The notes: generated by a model from the letters alone, not told the origin. A stretch of DNA of 64,000 nt from an uncultured Gemmatimonadales bacterium (GCA_963793305.1 CAWBZV010000005.1:1280001-1344000); one strand, 5' to 3'; counted from the first letter of the stretch, positions 9,635 to 20,298 are shown. Numbers and translations are program-made.

Positions 9635-11035
9635 ATGAGCACAGTCGAACGGGAAAGCGAGGCCCTCCGAAAGGAGCTGACGCTCCCTGACCTGGTGTTG
9701 ACCCAGATTTTGTATGTCGTCGGCATTTCCTGGGTCGGCGCCGCCGCCAAGCTAGGTCAATCCCAGGTCGTTTTTTGGCTCGCGGCCATAGCCCTGTTCT
9801 ACATCCCCCAGGCAGCGGTCGTCGTCTTCCTGAGCCGACGATTCCCACTCGAGGGCGGCCTCTATCAATGGGCCAAAATCGGACTCAATAGCGCCGTTGC
9901 CTTCCTCGTCGGCTGGAACCTCTGGCTCTACGCCATTGTGTTTCTCGGCACTTTGGGCATCACCGTCGCCAACGCGTTGGTCTACGCGATCGGCCCGAGC
10001 GCCCAACCGCTTGCCGGCAACCATGTGTACATCGGAGCCATCGCCGGCCTTCTTATCGGCGCGCTCGTCGTGATCTCGATCTTGGGTCTCGGCGTCAGCA
10101 AGTGGGTCCACAACGTAGGTGCCGTCCTGCTCATGAGCGCCTTCGCCTTGCTGCTGGTCCTCCCGGTGATCAACATCGCCCGCGGCACCCTGCGTGAGTA
10201 CCACCCATTGGCGATCACGGCGCCGGCATTCACGCTGCTCAGCGTGAATATCTTCGGCAAGCTGGCCGTCGGCGCACTATCGGGGTTCGAGTATGTCGCC
10301 GTGCTTGCGGGTGAAGCTCGTGACGCACGGAGAACAATCGCCCGATCGGTAATGATCGCCGCGCCAGTCATCGCGCTCATGTTCATCCTCGGCACGTCAG
10401 CCGTGCAAGCGTTGGTCCCGTTGGATCGACTCGATCTGGTCGGCCCGATCCCACAGGCCTTTCGTTTGGGTCTCGGCTCGGCCGGTGCGGTGGCCATTTT
10501 TGTTCCATTCGCGGTATTCGCGGCAACCTCACGCACGGTCGCGAATTCGAGCGTGATCTTCACGGCTACCACGCGCATGCCGATGGTCGCGGGTTGGGAT
10601 CGACTGATGCCCGCCTGGTTCACCAAGCTGCATCCCAAGTATCGCACGCCAGTTCACTCGATCCTGTTCATCGCTGCCTGTGCACTGGTATTCGCCGTCG
10701 CGGGCATGACGAATGTCGGCGAGCAGGAGGCATTTCAGCTCCTCGAGACCGCAGCCGGCGTCTTCTATGGTCTCACCTATCTCGTCCTCTTCGCGATCCC
10801 TCTGATCGGCCTGCCCGCTCCGCTATGGCTCCGCACGCTGGCCCTCGCGGGGTTCGCCACCACCGCGCTCTACGTCATCCTGTCCATCTTTCCCATCGTG
10901 AACGTCGTCAGCCCGCTCGCGTTCGCCTTGAAGATCGGCGTTTTGATCGTCGGCGCGAACCTCATCGGCGCCGGCATCTACTTCATAAGTCGCGCTCCTG
11001 CCACGCCACGAGCTCCATTGTCGAGCCGTCGATAG
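9635..11035 (+). CDS. APC family amino-acid permease
   Basis: About 12 hydrophobic segments, EGGLYQWAK, GFEYVAVLAGE, HPKYRTP; start ATG 9635 inside the longer track ORF. Confidence 0.92.
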   Translation: MSTVERESEALRKELTLPDLVLTQILYVVGISWVGAAAKLGQSQVVFWLAAIALFYIPQAAVVVFLSRRFPLEGGLYQWAKIGLNSAVAFLVGWNLWLYAIVFLGTLGITVANALVYAIGPSAQPLAGNHVYIGAIAGLLIGALVVISILGLGVSKWVHNVGAVLLMSAFALLLVLPVINIARGTLREYHPLAITAPAFTLLSVNIFGKLAVGALSGFEYVAVLAGEARDARRTIARSVMIAAPVIALMFILGTSAVQALVPLDRLDLVGPIPQAFRLGLGSAGAVAIFVPFAVFAATSRTVANSSVIFTATTRMPMVAGWDRLMPAWFTKLHPKYRTPVHSILFIAACALVFAVAGMTNVGEQEAFQLLETAAGVFYGLTYLVLFAIPLIGLPAPLWLRTLALAGFATTALYVILSIFPIVNVVSPLAFALKIGVLIVGANLIGAGIYFISRAPATPRAPLSSRR

Positions 11036-11651
11036 CGTAGACCGCCTGGATCTCGTGTGCCAGCGGAAAGTGCGCCTGCCATCCCCGCGCCACGATCAGG
11101 ACTCTCGTTGGCCCGCTCACTAAGGCCGCCGAGGGGGACAGCGCGGCGCGCACGGGCTCGGGCGCCGCAGTCGTGTCGACCGATCCATCGCCCCAAATAG
11201 TGACGTAGGGCGCAATGGCCGGTGCGGTCGCGTCTGTCACACCCGGGACGAGCGTCAACTCACCCACGCGCTGCAGCGGCCGCGCGGTCAGTTCCTTCGT
11301 TATCGCGGTGGCCAGTCCTGGAGCGACGAACTGCTGCAAGAGGCCACGAATGGTCGCGGTGTCCGCGTGAGCGAGGTCAACGCGCGCATTGAGGTTCGTA
11401 CCCACCACGCCGAACGCCGCATCGCCGAGCGAGACGTTGGAGATGTTCGGGAGCCGATGTGCCTGTAGCTCTCTCAGGCCGAGCGCAATGCCACTCTCCG
11501 CGGCGTAGCGGGCCACTGTTCTCGCGCGCATGCTCTCGACGATGCCCGCGTCCAATCGCGCGGCCCGGCCAATGTCCGTCGCAATCCCGCCGAGGATGAG
11601 CAAGAGACCGAGCACCAGAATGAGAGCGACGCCACGGCGACTACTGCGCAC
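10983..11651 (-). CDS. gspK: Type II secretion minor pseudopilin GspK-like protein (short)
   Basis: RRGVALILVL prepilin-like start, ARYAAESGI, NARVDL, ELTLVPGV, PYVTIW. Confidence 0.7.
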   Translation of the reverse strand: MRSSRRGVALILVLGLLLILGGIATDIGRAARLDAGIVESMRARTVARYAAESGIALGLRELQAHRLPNISNVSLGDAAFGVVGTNLNARVDLAHADTATIRGLLQQFVAPGLATAITKELTARPLQRVGELTLVPGVTDATAPAIAPYVTIWGDGSVDTTAAPEPVRAALSPSAALVSGPTRVLIVARGWQAHFPLAHEIQAVYAIDGSTMELVAWQERDL

Positions 11652-11958
11652 GGAGCCGCCTCAGATCGAACCGCGCGCCGCTTGGCAATGTCACCGTGAC
11701 AGTAATCACCACGAGCCCGGGTCCCCACGCGGTAGCGATCACGCGTCTCCTGTAACCGCCAGGCAGCGCGACCGGATTGGTCTCGCCGAGCTTCGCTTGC
11801 TCCATGCCATCGGCTGCATAAGCGATAGCCTGCGACCACGCGCGAGACCGCGCGAGCAGCAAGTGGCTGCCGTGAAAAAGCTCCAGGTACCCTGTTACAA
11901 CCAAGCTCAGGATCAACAGGGCAACGAGTACTTCGAGCAAGGTCAGGCCGCGTCGCAT
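11641..11958 (-). CDS. Prepilin-type N-terminal cleavage/methylation protein (GspI-like)
   Basis: MRRG-LTLLEVLVALLIL type IV pilin motif; TAATG coupling to the upstream gene. Confidence 0.8.
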   Translation of the reverse strand: MRRGLTLLEVLVALLILSLVVTGYLELFHGSHLLLARSRAWSQAIAYAADGMEQAKLGETNPVALPGGYRRRVIATAWGPGLVVITVTVTLPSGARFDLRRLRAQ

Positions 11959-12497
11959 TAGAACACCACTCTCACTGGTGGCTCGATGCGTTGCCCGCGG
12001 TTCCAGAGTGTAATCACGACCGCTCGTGGAGTGACCATCGAAGCCGGCCAGGCAACGAGCCACTCGTCTCCGGTCGGCGCCAACACCCGTACATCCATTC
12101 GCGTCACGCCGGGGAGTCGAAACGCGATCTCTGTCGCTGGCGCGCGCCCAACAGGCGTCGCATCGAACATGAGTCCGCCAGCATCCGGTGTGATCGTTAC
12201 GCGCCAGTCACAATCCGCGTCTAGCGGCGGCCCACCGCCGGCGGCGACGAACGTCAGCGTATCGCCGGCGAGCGTGAATGTGGTATCACCCTGTCGCTGC
12301 GGCGTGCGCGTATTCCGCAGCACATTGACGAGCAACTCTCGCGTCATGCGCGCTCTCTGCTCGACGGCCATGGCAGTTCCGAGTCGATCACGCGCGCCGA
12401 GACTCACTTGCATCGCGCCGTACGCGATGAGCGCGACGAGACTCGTGAGCACGATGGCGACCAGTATTTCCAGCAGCGTGTAACCCGTTGGCCCCAT
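11958..12497 (-). CDS. Prepilin-type N-terminal cleavage/methylation protein (GspJ-like)
   Basis: MGPTG-YTLLEILVAIVL motif; C-terminal W..WP....PRAVVITL typical of GspJ. An alternative start exists at 12518. Confidence 0.78.
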   Translation of the reverse strand: MGPTGYTLLEILVAIVLTSLVALIAYGAMQVSLGARDRLGTAMAVEQRARMTRELLVNVLRNTRTPQRQGDTTFTLAGDTLTFVAAGGGPPLDADCDWRVTITPDAGGLMFDATPVGRAPATEIAFRLPGVTRMDVRVLAPTGDEWLVAWPASMVTPRAVVITLWNRGQRIEPPVRVVF

Positions 12498-12557
12498 CGC
12501 CCCTGGCGTTCGCCCCATGGCAGTGGCAGGGTCGTGCGACGGCGGTGAACCTACCGC

Positions 12558-13493
12558 ATGGATCTGAAGGACCTGCGCTACACGATCGCCGTCGCCGACG
12601 AAGGGAGCTTCACCCGAGCAGCGGCGCGGCTCAACCTGGCGCAGCAGGCGCTCTCGAAGCAGATCGGCGATCTCGAGCGAGAGCTTCAGGTCCGGCTGTT
12701 CGACCGCATGCCCCGCGGCACGCGACTCACCCCGGCGGGCGCCGCATTCGTCGAGGCCGCTCGCGCGACGCTGGCGCAGAGTCAGCGCGCGATGGCTCAC
12801 GCCCGCACCACGAATCGGCAGGAGTCGCAGGTGCTGCGCGTCGGCCTGACGCCGTCCTCCGTGCTCGCGGGTGATGCCGCGACCTCGTTCAGTTTCTTTC
12901 GCCGGCGCCAACCACTCGTCGGGATCGAAGTCATGGAGAGTGCACCGTTGGCGCTGATCGACGCGGTGCGCGACGGCACCATTGACCTCGCGATCCTCTG
13001 TTCGCCCCCGGATGACTCCGGCGAGATGGCGGGGGAGTGTATCGCCGAGCGACCACTGGGCGCAGTGCTGCCGGCGATGCACCCGCTGGCCGTGTCCGAC
13101 GTGGTGCGCTTGCGCGATCTCGTCGATCTGCCATTGATCACCTATGGTCGTGACGCCGATCCGGTCGGCTACGATGCCCTGGTGCAAGCGCTCGCCCGCC
13201 GCGGTCTCAAACCTCGCCTCGCGGATGTCCGCGCTGGTGGTCCGCCGGGTCTCATTGGTCCGTTGATCGCCGAGGGCGAAGCATGGGCACTCGCGACGGC
13301 CGACTACTCGTGGCCTCTGTACGAGCGCACACCGGGGCTCGTGTTCCGCGACTTCTCCGACTCGCCGATCTTCGAGCAACGGTGGATCCTGTGGCTCCAC
13401 GACACGCCTTCTCATCTCGTGAGGCAATTCACCGAGATGTGGAAAACGCTGCATGGACAATGGAGCCACAGGGATCTGAGTTATACGATCTGA
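12558..13493 (+). CDS. LysR family transcriptional regulator
   Basis: MDLKDLRY...GSFTRAAARLNLAQQALSKQIGDLERELQVRLFDR HTH. Confidence 0.95.
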   Translation: MDLKDLRYTIAVADEGSFTRAAARLNLAQQALSKQIGDLERELQVRLFDRMPRGTRLTPAGAAFVEAARATLAQSQRAMAHARTTNRQESQVLRVGLTPSSVLAGDAATSFSFFRRRQPLVGIEVMESAPLALIDAVRDGTIDLAILCSPPDDSGEMAGECIAERPLGAVLPAMHPLAVSDVVRLRDLVDLPLITYGRDADPVGYDALVQALARRGLKPRLADVRAGGPPGLIGPLIAEGEAWALATADYSWPLYERTPGLVFRDFSDSPIFEQRWILWLHDTPSHLVRQFTEMWKTLHGQWSHRDLSYTI

Positions 13494-14617
13494 TCGCGCG
13501 CTTCGTCCGCGTCGTGCGCGAGGTCTGTCAACATCTCGATGAAGGTGTGCGGTTGACCCTTGAAGAGTCCATCCGAGATGAACGACTGCAGGGCCGCCAT
13601 CGCCGCCCCTTCGGTTTCCGTGGGCCGCAGGATCGACACCGGGGGGAACCGGTTCGACAGGAAGAACGTCGGCTCCGGCATGATGAGGTTGGGTTGGGTA
13701 TCCTCATTCCCGTTGGCGATCAGCGGGAAGAAGAGCTGCGGGTTGCTGGGATCCGTGAGGGGCGCGAGCGGTGCCTGGAGCGCGTTGCCCGCTTTGTCGT
13801 GCCACGTCTGGAAGTGCATCGTCTCGGTCGGCCCGATGGAGAGCAGGATGCGGAGCGTTTCGTGGCTCTTCGCGCGCTGGGCGAGCTGCATGTAGAGACT
13901 CGCGCCGCCCACCTCGATGAACCCGAAGTGGAATCCGGCGGTATTGGCGATCGCCTGGATGTGTCCGGTCGGCGTGAGGTCGGCGTTCGTGCGAGGGATC
14001 GCGGTGAACTCGCCCGTCGCCAGGCTCTTCACCACTGGCGCAAATACGTGGTTGGGATTGAGATCGGGGTTGAAATTGCGCGAACGGAGCCGCGTCCACC
14101 ACGTCGTGTCGACGGTGAGCTTCATGAGATTGGTGATGCGACCGACGCCGATCGCGCCTTCGGCCTTGCTGCCTTCCAGCGTGGCGAACTGCGACAAATC
14201 CTCCTGCGCCACCCCTTTGGACTTCAAATAGGCGTTGAGCCAACGGTGATGGCTGAACTCGTCTTCGGTGTTGTCGTGGATGTACTGCGCCATGTCACCG
14301 TCGAGCTGGTTGAGCGCGTTCGTGTACGGGGCGTTGCCGCCGGCCAGCTTGTGCCCGATGATCTGCTCCATCTCGGCGTCCTGAATCCCGCCGAGCTCCG
14401 TGTACTGCTGCCAGAGATCGGCCTCGATCTGCTCGAACGCGGAGAGGAACCTGAGTATCGCGGCGTCCCCGCGTGAGATGCTGCCACTCGACCGCTGCGC
14501 GCCGAACGCCGGGAGCGCGGCGGTCAGCAGGGTCCCGCCGGCCACGGTCGCGGCGCCCGCGGCGAGCACGCCGGTCTTCAAGAATTCGCGTCGATTCTTT
14601 GTGTCCTGCGCATCCAT
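13481..14617 (-). CDS. Tat-exported ferritin-like domain protein
   Basis: NRREFLKTG twin-arginine signal; EQIEADLW, DEFSHH, FIEVGG, ETMH di-metal ExxH motifs; GGAG RBS. Confidence 0.85.
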   Translation of the reverse strand: MDAQDTKNRREFLKTGVLAAGAATVAGGTLLTAALPAFGAQRSSGSISRGDAAILRFLSAFEQIEADLWQQYTELGGIQDAEMEQIIGHKLAGGNAPYTNALNQLDGDMAQYIHDNTEDEFSHHRWLNAYLKSKGVAQEDLSQFATLEGSKAEGAIGVGRITNLMKLTVDTTWWTRLRSRNFNPDLNPNHVFAPVVKSLATGEFTAIPRTNADLTPTGHIQAIANTAGFHFGFIEVGGASLYMQLAQRAKSHETLRILLSIGPTETMHFQTWHDKAGNALQAPLAPLTDPSNPQLFFPLIANGNEDTQPNLIMPEPTFFLSNRFPPVSILRPTETEGAAMAALQSFISDGLFKGQPHTFIEMLTDLAHDADEARDQIV

Positions 14618-14748
14618 GAAACTCATCTCCCAAGAAATTGGTGAGCTGCATGATCGCCGGTCGAACGCCACGAACTCCAACACATTGTCATAGGGGCGCA
14701 CCACATTGGCGCGTTGTGACCACCCTGCGTCCCGTCCGTCGTATAGTC

Positions 14749-16660
14749 GTGCACCATCTCAAAATCCGCTCGAAGCTGGCGTTGATGTTGCTGCTGCCAC
14801 TCGGCGGGCTCGGGCTGCTCGTCGCCCTGGACGTTGCGCGCGCCAACGACGCCGCGCAGCGCGCGCGAACGCAGCGACAATTCGCCGACGTTGTGGTGCG
14901 CGTTGGCGAATTCGTGCACGCCGTGCAGGACGAGCGCACGGGGTCCGCAAACCCGAAGCTCGCTGCCGACCTGGCAGCCGAGCGCGCCAAGACGGATAGC
15001 GAGTTGAGCTTGTTACGTTCGACGACGGCCTCGATCGATACGACCCGTTACACGAAGCAGATCCGTGGCGCGTTGGCCTATGCCTCGCGACAGGTCGACT
15101 GGCTGGCCGTCGTACGGAACGGCATCACGGCGCGCGACGAGACGCCGATTCAGGTGCTCGACTCTTATGGCGATCTCGTGGGCTCGCATCTCGATGTGGA
15201 CGGAGCGATGGGCAGTATGAGCGCCGATGTCGAGACCGCGCGCCGGGCGTCCTCCTATCTCGCCCTGGCACAGGCGAATGAGCAATTGGCGCTCTCCCAG
15301 GCCGCGAATGTCTTCGGACTCAGGGATCGCGCGGCGGCGGCACTGGCCGAGCAGCGCGCGTACGCCGAGCAGTTCGCCCGGTCGGCGGACTCCGATGATG
15401 TCGAGGCCTATAAGGCGGCCGGCGACTCGTTGCCACTGGTTCGCTCGATCGAGGACACCCTGGCCGCCGACCTCCAACAGCGAGCAACCGATGTCCGCCA
15501 GGCGGCGGTGCGATCGGAGACGGGGCTCGTGACCGGCTCGTCGCTGGTGTTGGTCATCGCGGTCATGCTCGCGGCCGGCCTCGGACGCGACGTCGTGCAG
15601 TCGTTGAGCGCTGTCACCCGGGCGGCTAGGCAAGTGGCCGATCGCGATCTCCGCGTGGACGTTGCGGAGGCACACGGCGATTTTGGCCAACTGGCCCTGG
15701 CGTTCCGCGAGATGATCGAGCACCTGCGGGCCATCATTCGCGAAGGCGAGCACGCCTCGCGCCGCGTCGAGGAGCTCGCGGCCACGATCGCGTCGTCGAG
15801 CGAGCAACTGTCGGCGTCTGGCGAAGAGGTCACCGGCGCCGTTGCCACGATTGCCGCGGCCGCATTCGGAGCAGCTCGCGAGTATGCGGTCGATCGAGGG
15901 GGCGCTGGCCGACATGGAACGGCGCGCCGACGAGATCATGGCTGCTGCCTCCGGGGTGCTGGAGCTGGGCGATCAGATTGCGTCGACCGCCGACGAGAGT
16001 CGCGTCGGTCTGAGCCGCGCGCTGGCGTTACTGGTCGACATCGGGACGTTCGTCGACACGACGGCGGGGCAGGTCGATCAACTGGCCACGCGATCCGAGG
16101 CCATCGAAGGCTTTGCCTCGACCATCACGCGCGTGGCCAAACAGAGCGCGTTGCTCGCGCTCAACGCGGCGATCGAGGCCGCGCGCGCCGGCGAGGCGGG
16201 TCGCGGATTCGCCGTCGTCGCGGGCGAGATGCGACAACTCGCCGAAGACTCGGCGAAATCGGCGTCGGAGATTACGGATCACGTGCGCGGCGTGCGCGAC
16301 AGCATGCTGTCCGTCGTGTCCACGATGGAGCAGGGGCGCGAGCGGGTGGTCGGCGTACAAGAGGTCTCCCGCGACGCCGAGCGCGCCCTCGAGCGCATCG
16401 GCACGTCGGTCGAACGGGTCCGCGTCGCCGCCCAGGGCGTCGCCCAGGCTGCCTCCGACAATCGCCGCGACGTGACCGGCGTCAACCGCGCCGTCGCTGC
16501 CGCCTCTGCCGCCGCGGCCGCGCACGCCTCCGGCGCCGAGCAGGTCGCGGCCTCGGCCCACGAGCAGACCGCCGTCACCCAAAACGTGTCGGCCACCGGC
16601 GCCGAACTGCTAGAGGCGGTCGCTGGAGTGCGTTCCGTCATCGCGGCATTTCGGACCTGA
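14749..16660 (+). CDS. Methyl-accepting chemotaxis protein with NIT-like sensor and HAMP (about 636 aa after removing a +1 base at 15862-15867)
   Basis: KIRSKL + [10 protein letters not shown], second TM and [28 protein letters not shown]. Frames join (AAA-SEQL) when CGCATTC is read as CGCATC. Confidence 0.88.
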
Positions 16661-16685
16661 CGCCCGCGTACTAGGTTGGGCCGCT

Positions 16686-17918
16686 ATGGCGGCTCACCTG
16701 ATCCTGCTCCTCGCGCTCCTCCAGCAGCCCGACTCGACGTACCACGATCACATCGCGGCCGCGCGCGCGAGCGCTCCGCCGGCCGCGCGCGAGCATTTGC
16801 TGCGCGCACTGGCCTTGCTCCACGGCCATTCGGACGTGTTCTACCTGCTGGCGCGCAATGCCATGGTGATGGGGCAGCCGGAGGCGGCTGTCGGCTATCT
16901 GCGCACCATCGCCGCGATGGGCCTCGCGTACGACGCCGAGAGCGACTCGACGCTCGCCCCGTTGCGCAACCGCGCGGACTTCCGGGCCGTGGTGGCGGCT
17001 ATGGCCGCGAACAAGAGTCCGATCGGTCACGCTACGACAGTCGCGACGCTCGATGACCCCGATCTCCTCACGGAAGACGTGGCCTATGATCCGTCCGATC
17101 GAACGTTCTATCTGAGCTCGATTCACCGGAGAAAAATCGTCGCGATCTCGGCGGATGGCGGGCGAGCGACGTTCGCGACGACGGCGTTAGCCCCGATGGC
17201 CCTCGTGGTCGACACGAAGCGTCACACCCTGTGGGCGTCCATCGCGGGCATGGCCCAAGCCGAGGGACACGAGCCGGCGGACACAGGTCGTAGTGGCGTC
17301 CTTCGCTATGACCTGACCACGCGAAAGCTGATCGCGCACTACGACCTGCCGGTCGATGGCCCGCAACACGTCCTCGGCGACATGACGCTCGACGCCTCCG
17401 GCAACGCGATCGTGTCCGACGGCGCCGGCGGCGGCGTGTACAAGATCGATCGCGAGCGAGGCGTGCTCTCGGCCTTGATCCCACCGGGCACCTTCCAGTC
17501 CCCGCAGAACCCGGCCGTCGCCCAGGATGGCCAGATTCTCGTGGCCGACTACGCCATGGGCGTCGCCACGATCGACCCGGCAACCCACGCGGTCTCGTGG
17601 ATCGCCCACGCGGACACCGTCGCGCTGAACGGCATCGACGGGATGTACCTCGTCGGCCACGTCCTCTACGCGATCCAGAACGGCACGAACCCCGAGCGCG
17701 TGACGCGCTTCGTGCTCGACCCGGACCTCCGCCGGGTCGTCACCTGGTCGGTCGTCGAGCGCGCGACGCCGGGTCTCGGCGACCCCACCCACGGCGTGGT
17801 CGTCGGCAACGATCTCATTTTCATCGCCAACAGCGGGTGGGACCGCTTCGGGGACGACGGCCACATCACAAATCCGCAGGGCACGCCGGCGCGGCTGGAG
17901 AAGACGAAACTGGAATAA
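16686..17918 (+). CDS. Secreted SMP-30/gluconolactonase-like beta-propeller protein with N-terminal TPR-like helices
   Basis: Signal peptide; EDVAYDP, GDMTLD.SGN, SPQNPA, GIDGM propeller motifs. Confidence 0.75.
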   Translation: MAAHLILLLALLQQPDSTYHDHIAAARASAPPAAREHLLRALALLHGHSDVFYLLARNAMVMGQPEAAVGYLRTIAAMGLAYDAESDSTLAPLRNRADFRAVVAAMAANKSPIGHATTVATLDDPDLLTEDVAYDPSDRTFYLSSIHRRKIVAISADGGRATFATTALAPMALVVDTKRHTLWASIAGMAQAEGHEPADTGRSGVLRYDLTTRKLIAHYDLPVDGPQHVLGDMTLDASGNAIVSDGAGGGVYKIDRERGVLSALIPPGTFQSPQNPAVAQDGQILVADYAMGVATIDPATHAVSWIAHADTVALNGIDGMYLVGHVLYAIQNGTNPERVTRFVLDPDLRRVVTWSVVERATPGLGDPTHGVVVGNDLIFIANSGWDRFGDDGHITNPQGTPARLEKTKLE

Positions 17919-17939
17919 GCCCTCGCGCATACTATCGGC

Positions 17940-20105
17940 ATGTCCGACCAACGGCGGGCCGAAGCGCTCATTGCGGGCTTCTACGCGGCGCTGGCCGCCT
18001 GCGCCATGCTCGAGACGGTGCGCGATGCCACAGGCGCGATCGTCGACTTCTTGGTGATCGCGGTCAATCCGAGCGCCGAGCGACTGCTCGGGTGCTGCGA
18101 CTACCAGGTCGCCGGCACGTCGGTAACGTCGTTGCCGGAGCTCGCGGGAAATTACGCGTCGGTCGTCGACACGGGCGAGCCGCTCGTGGAGGAGTTCCGT
18201 CTCGCGCGCGGCGGTTGGGTCCACCGGATCGCCACGCGGACTCCCACGGGCGCGCTCGTGGTGCTGCGCGATGTCAGCGATGACGCCTACCTGGTGCGGT
18301 CCAACGATCGGTTCTTCCAACTCTCGGCCGATCTCATGCTGCTGGCCGGTTCCGATGGCTCCGTCAAACGCGTCAATCCGGCCTGTACGAGCGTCCTCGG
18401 TTGGACCGAAGCCGAGCTCCTCGGCATGAACGTCTCGACGCTGGTCCGCTCGGACGGTCATGTCCGCTGCAAAGACGGCAGCTACCGCTGGATTGCATGG
18501 TCGAACGTGTCGGACGGCTATCTGATCGGACGGGATGTCACCGAGGAGCGCCAACAGAACGCCTTGCTCACGGCCATTGTCGAAGAGACCTCGGACGTTG
18601 TCTTCGTGAAGGACACGGATGGCCGCTACATCCTCGTGCACGGCAACACGGGTGTGAACGGTGTTTCGAATACGGCGTTTCTCGGGCACACGGACGCGGA
18701 GGTCGTGCCCGAGTGGGCGCCAATGCGTCGCGCATCGGATCTCCGCGTGATGGCGTCTGGCGAGGCCGAGACGATCGAGCAGGAGTACATGCGGGGCGGG
18801 ACGCGCTACACGTTCATGGTCACCAAGGCGCCGTACCGGGCGCCCGATGGGACCATCATCGGTGTCCTCGGCGTCGCGCGCGAAGTCACGGCGATCCGCC
18901 GCCTCGAGACCCGGATGCAGCAGGCCCAGAAGATGGATGCCGTGGGCCGCCTGGCGGGCGGCGTCGCCCATGACTTCAACAATCTCCTGACGGCGATCTT
19001 GAGCTTCGCCTCACTCGCGGGGGAGTCGTTGGTGCGGGAACATCCCGCTCAGGCCGACTTGCGCGAGATCCATCGTGCCGCCGAAGAGGCCGCGGTGCTG
19101 ACGCGCCAGATGCTCGCGTTCAGCCGGCAACAGATCCTCGATCCGTGTCCGATCGACATCAACGATCTCGTCAAGCGAGAAGAACGCCTCCTCAAAAGCC
19201 TCCTCGGCGAGCGTGTGGCGGTCACCATCGCGATGGATCCAGACCTCGCGATCGTCGAGGTCGATCCGGGACAGTTCGTGCAAGTCCTGATCAATCTCGT
19301 GGTCAATGCCGGTCACGCAATGTCGAACGGTGGCCAGCTGTGGATCGAGACGGCCAACACACGGGTCACGTCCGCCGACGCGGAGCGTTTGCCGGGATTA
19401 CCCCCGGGACGCTACGTGCGACTGGCGGTCCGAGATACGGGTGTCGGCATGGATGAAACCACCCGGCAGCGCGTCTTCGAGCCGTTCTTCACCACGAAGC
19501 CCGAAGGGGAGGGCACAGGTCTCGGACTGTCGTCCGTGTACGGCATCGTCAAGCAATCGCACGGCGGCGTATACGTGGAAAGCGAGCTCGGGGCTGGGAG
19601 CGAGTTCGCCGTCTACCTCCCGGCGGTCGAGGCGGCCGCGCGTTCTTTGCTCCCGCTTGCGCCGATCGCGACGCCGCTGGGCCATGAGACGATTCTCGTC
19701 GTCGAAGACAATCCCGCGGTGCGCCATGCCGTCGCGCGGATGCTCGCCGAAGCCGGCTACCATGTCCTCGCGGCGTCCAGTGGCGCCGAAGCGCTGGACC
19801 TCGCACGGGGAGCGGTCGACCTCGTCGTGTCGGATCTCGTCATGCCGGGCATGGGCGGGCGCATGCTCGTCAACCGGTTGCGCGCCGGGTACCCGAACTT
19901 GCGGGCGCTGTTCATCTCGGGCGTGGAGCGCGATGCCGCGGTCGTGCCCTCGGGCACGGCGTTCCTGCCAAAGCCATTCGGCGCGGACGCGCTCCTCCGC
20001 GCGGTGCGCGCCGTCCTCGACAGCACGCCAGGTCACCCCTCCGCCGGGCTCGCCGCATCGCCGGAGTCAACTCGGCCAGATGGGCGCGATGACGCTGGTC
20101 ATTAA
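17940..20105 (+). CDS. Hybrid PAS-domain sensor histidine kinase/response regulator (CckA-like)
   Basis: PAS repeats, GGVAHDFNNLL H-box, FEPFFTTK...GTGLGL, receiver ILVVED...SDLVMPG...KPF. Confidence 0.93.
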   Translation: MSDQRRAEALIAGFYAALAACAMLETVRDATGAIVDFLVIAVNPSAERLLGCCDYQVAGTSVTSLPELAGNYASVVDTGEPLVEEFRLARGGWVHRIATRTPTGALVVLRDVSDDAYLVRSNDRFFQLSADLMLLAGSDGSVKRVNPACTSVLGWTEAELLGMNVSTLVRSDGHVRCKDGSYRWIAWSNVSDGYLIGRDVTEERQQNALLTAIVEETSDVVFVKDTDGRYILVHGNTGVNGVSNTAFLGHTDAEVVPEWAPMRRASDLRVMASGEAETIEQEYMRGGTRYTFMVTKAPYRAPDGTIIGVLGVAREVTAIRRLETRMQQAQKMDAVGRLAGGVAHDFNNLLTAILSFASLAGESLVREHPAQADLREIHRAAEEAAVLTRQMLAFSRQQILDPCPIDINDLVKREERLLKSLLGERVAVTIAMDPDLAIVEVDPGQFVQVLINLVVNAGHAMSNGGQLWIETANTRVTSADAERLPGLPPGRYVRLAVRDTGVGMDETTRQRVFEPFFTTKPEGEGTGLGLSSVYGIVKQSHGGVYVESELGAGSEFAVYLPAVEAAARSLLPLAPIATPLGHETILVVEDNPAVRHAVARMLAEAGYHVLAASSGAEALDLARGAVDLVVSDLVMPGMGGRMLVNRLRAGYPNLRALFISGVERDAAVVPSGTAFLPKPFGADALLRAVRAVLDSTPGHPSAGLAASPESTRPDGRDDAGH

Positions 20106-20298
20106 GACACGCGCGGGAATCGGCACCGAGATCCCGGTCGCGCAACGGCGCGAGGATTTTCGCATTCTGGACATCTACCGGGACAACGCGGTCGCAAAGA
20201 TCGTCGCGTCCGACTGGATCGACTATCTCGAGCTGGCCCGCTGGAACGGCCAGTGGAAGATCGTCAACGTGCTGTGGGCTCTGACACCGAAGGATTAA
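20080..20298 (+). pseudogene. C-terminal fragment of an NTF2-like (putative lumazine-binding family) protein
   Basis: QMGAMTLV...ILDIYRDNAVAKIVASDWIDYLELARWNGQWKIVNVLW matches the family C-terminal half as I recall it. The N-terminal half is absent. Confidence 0.6.
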
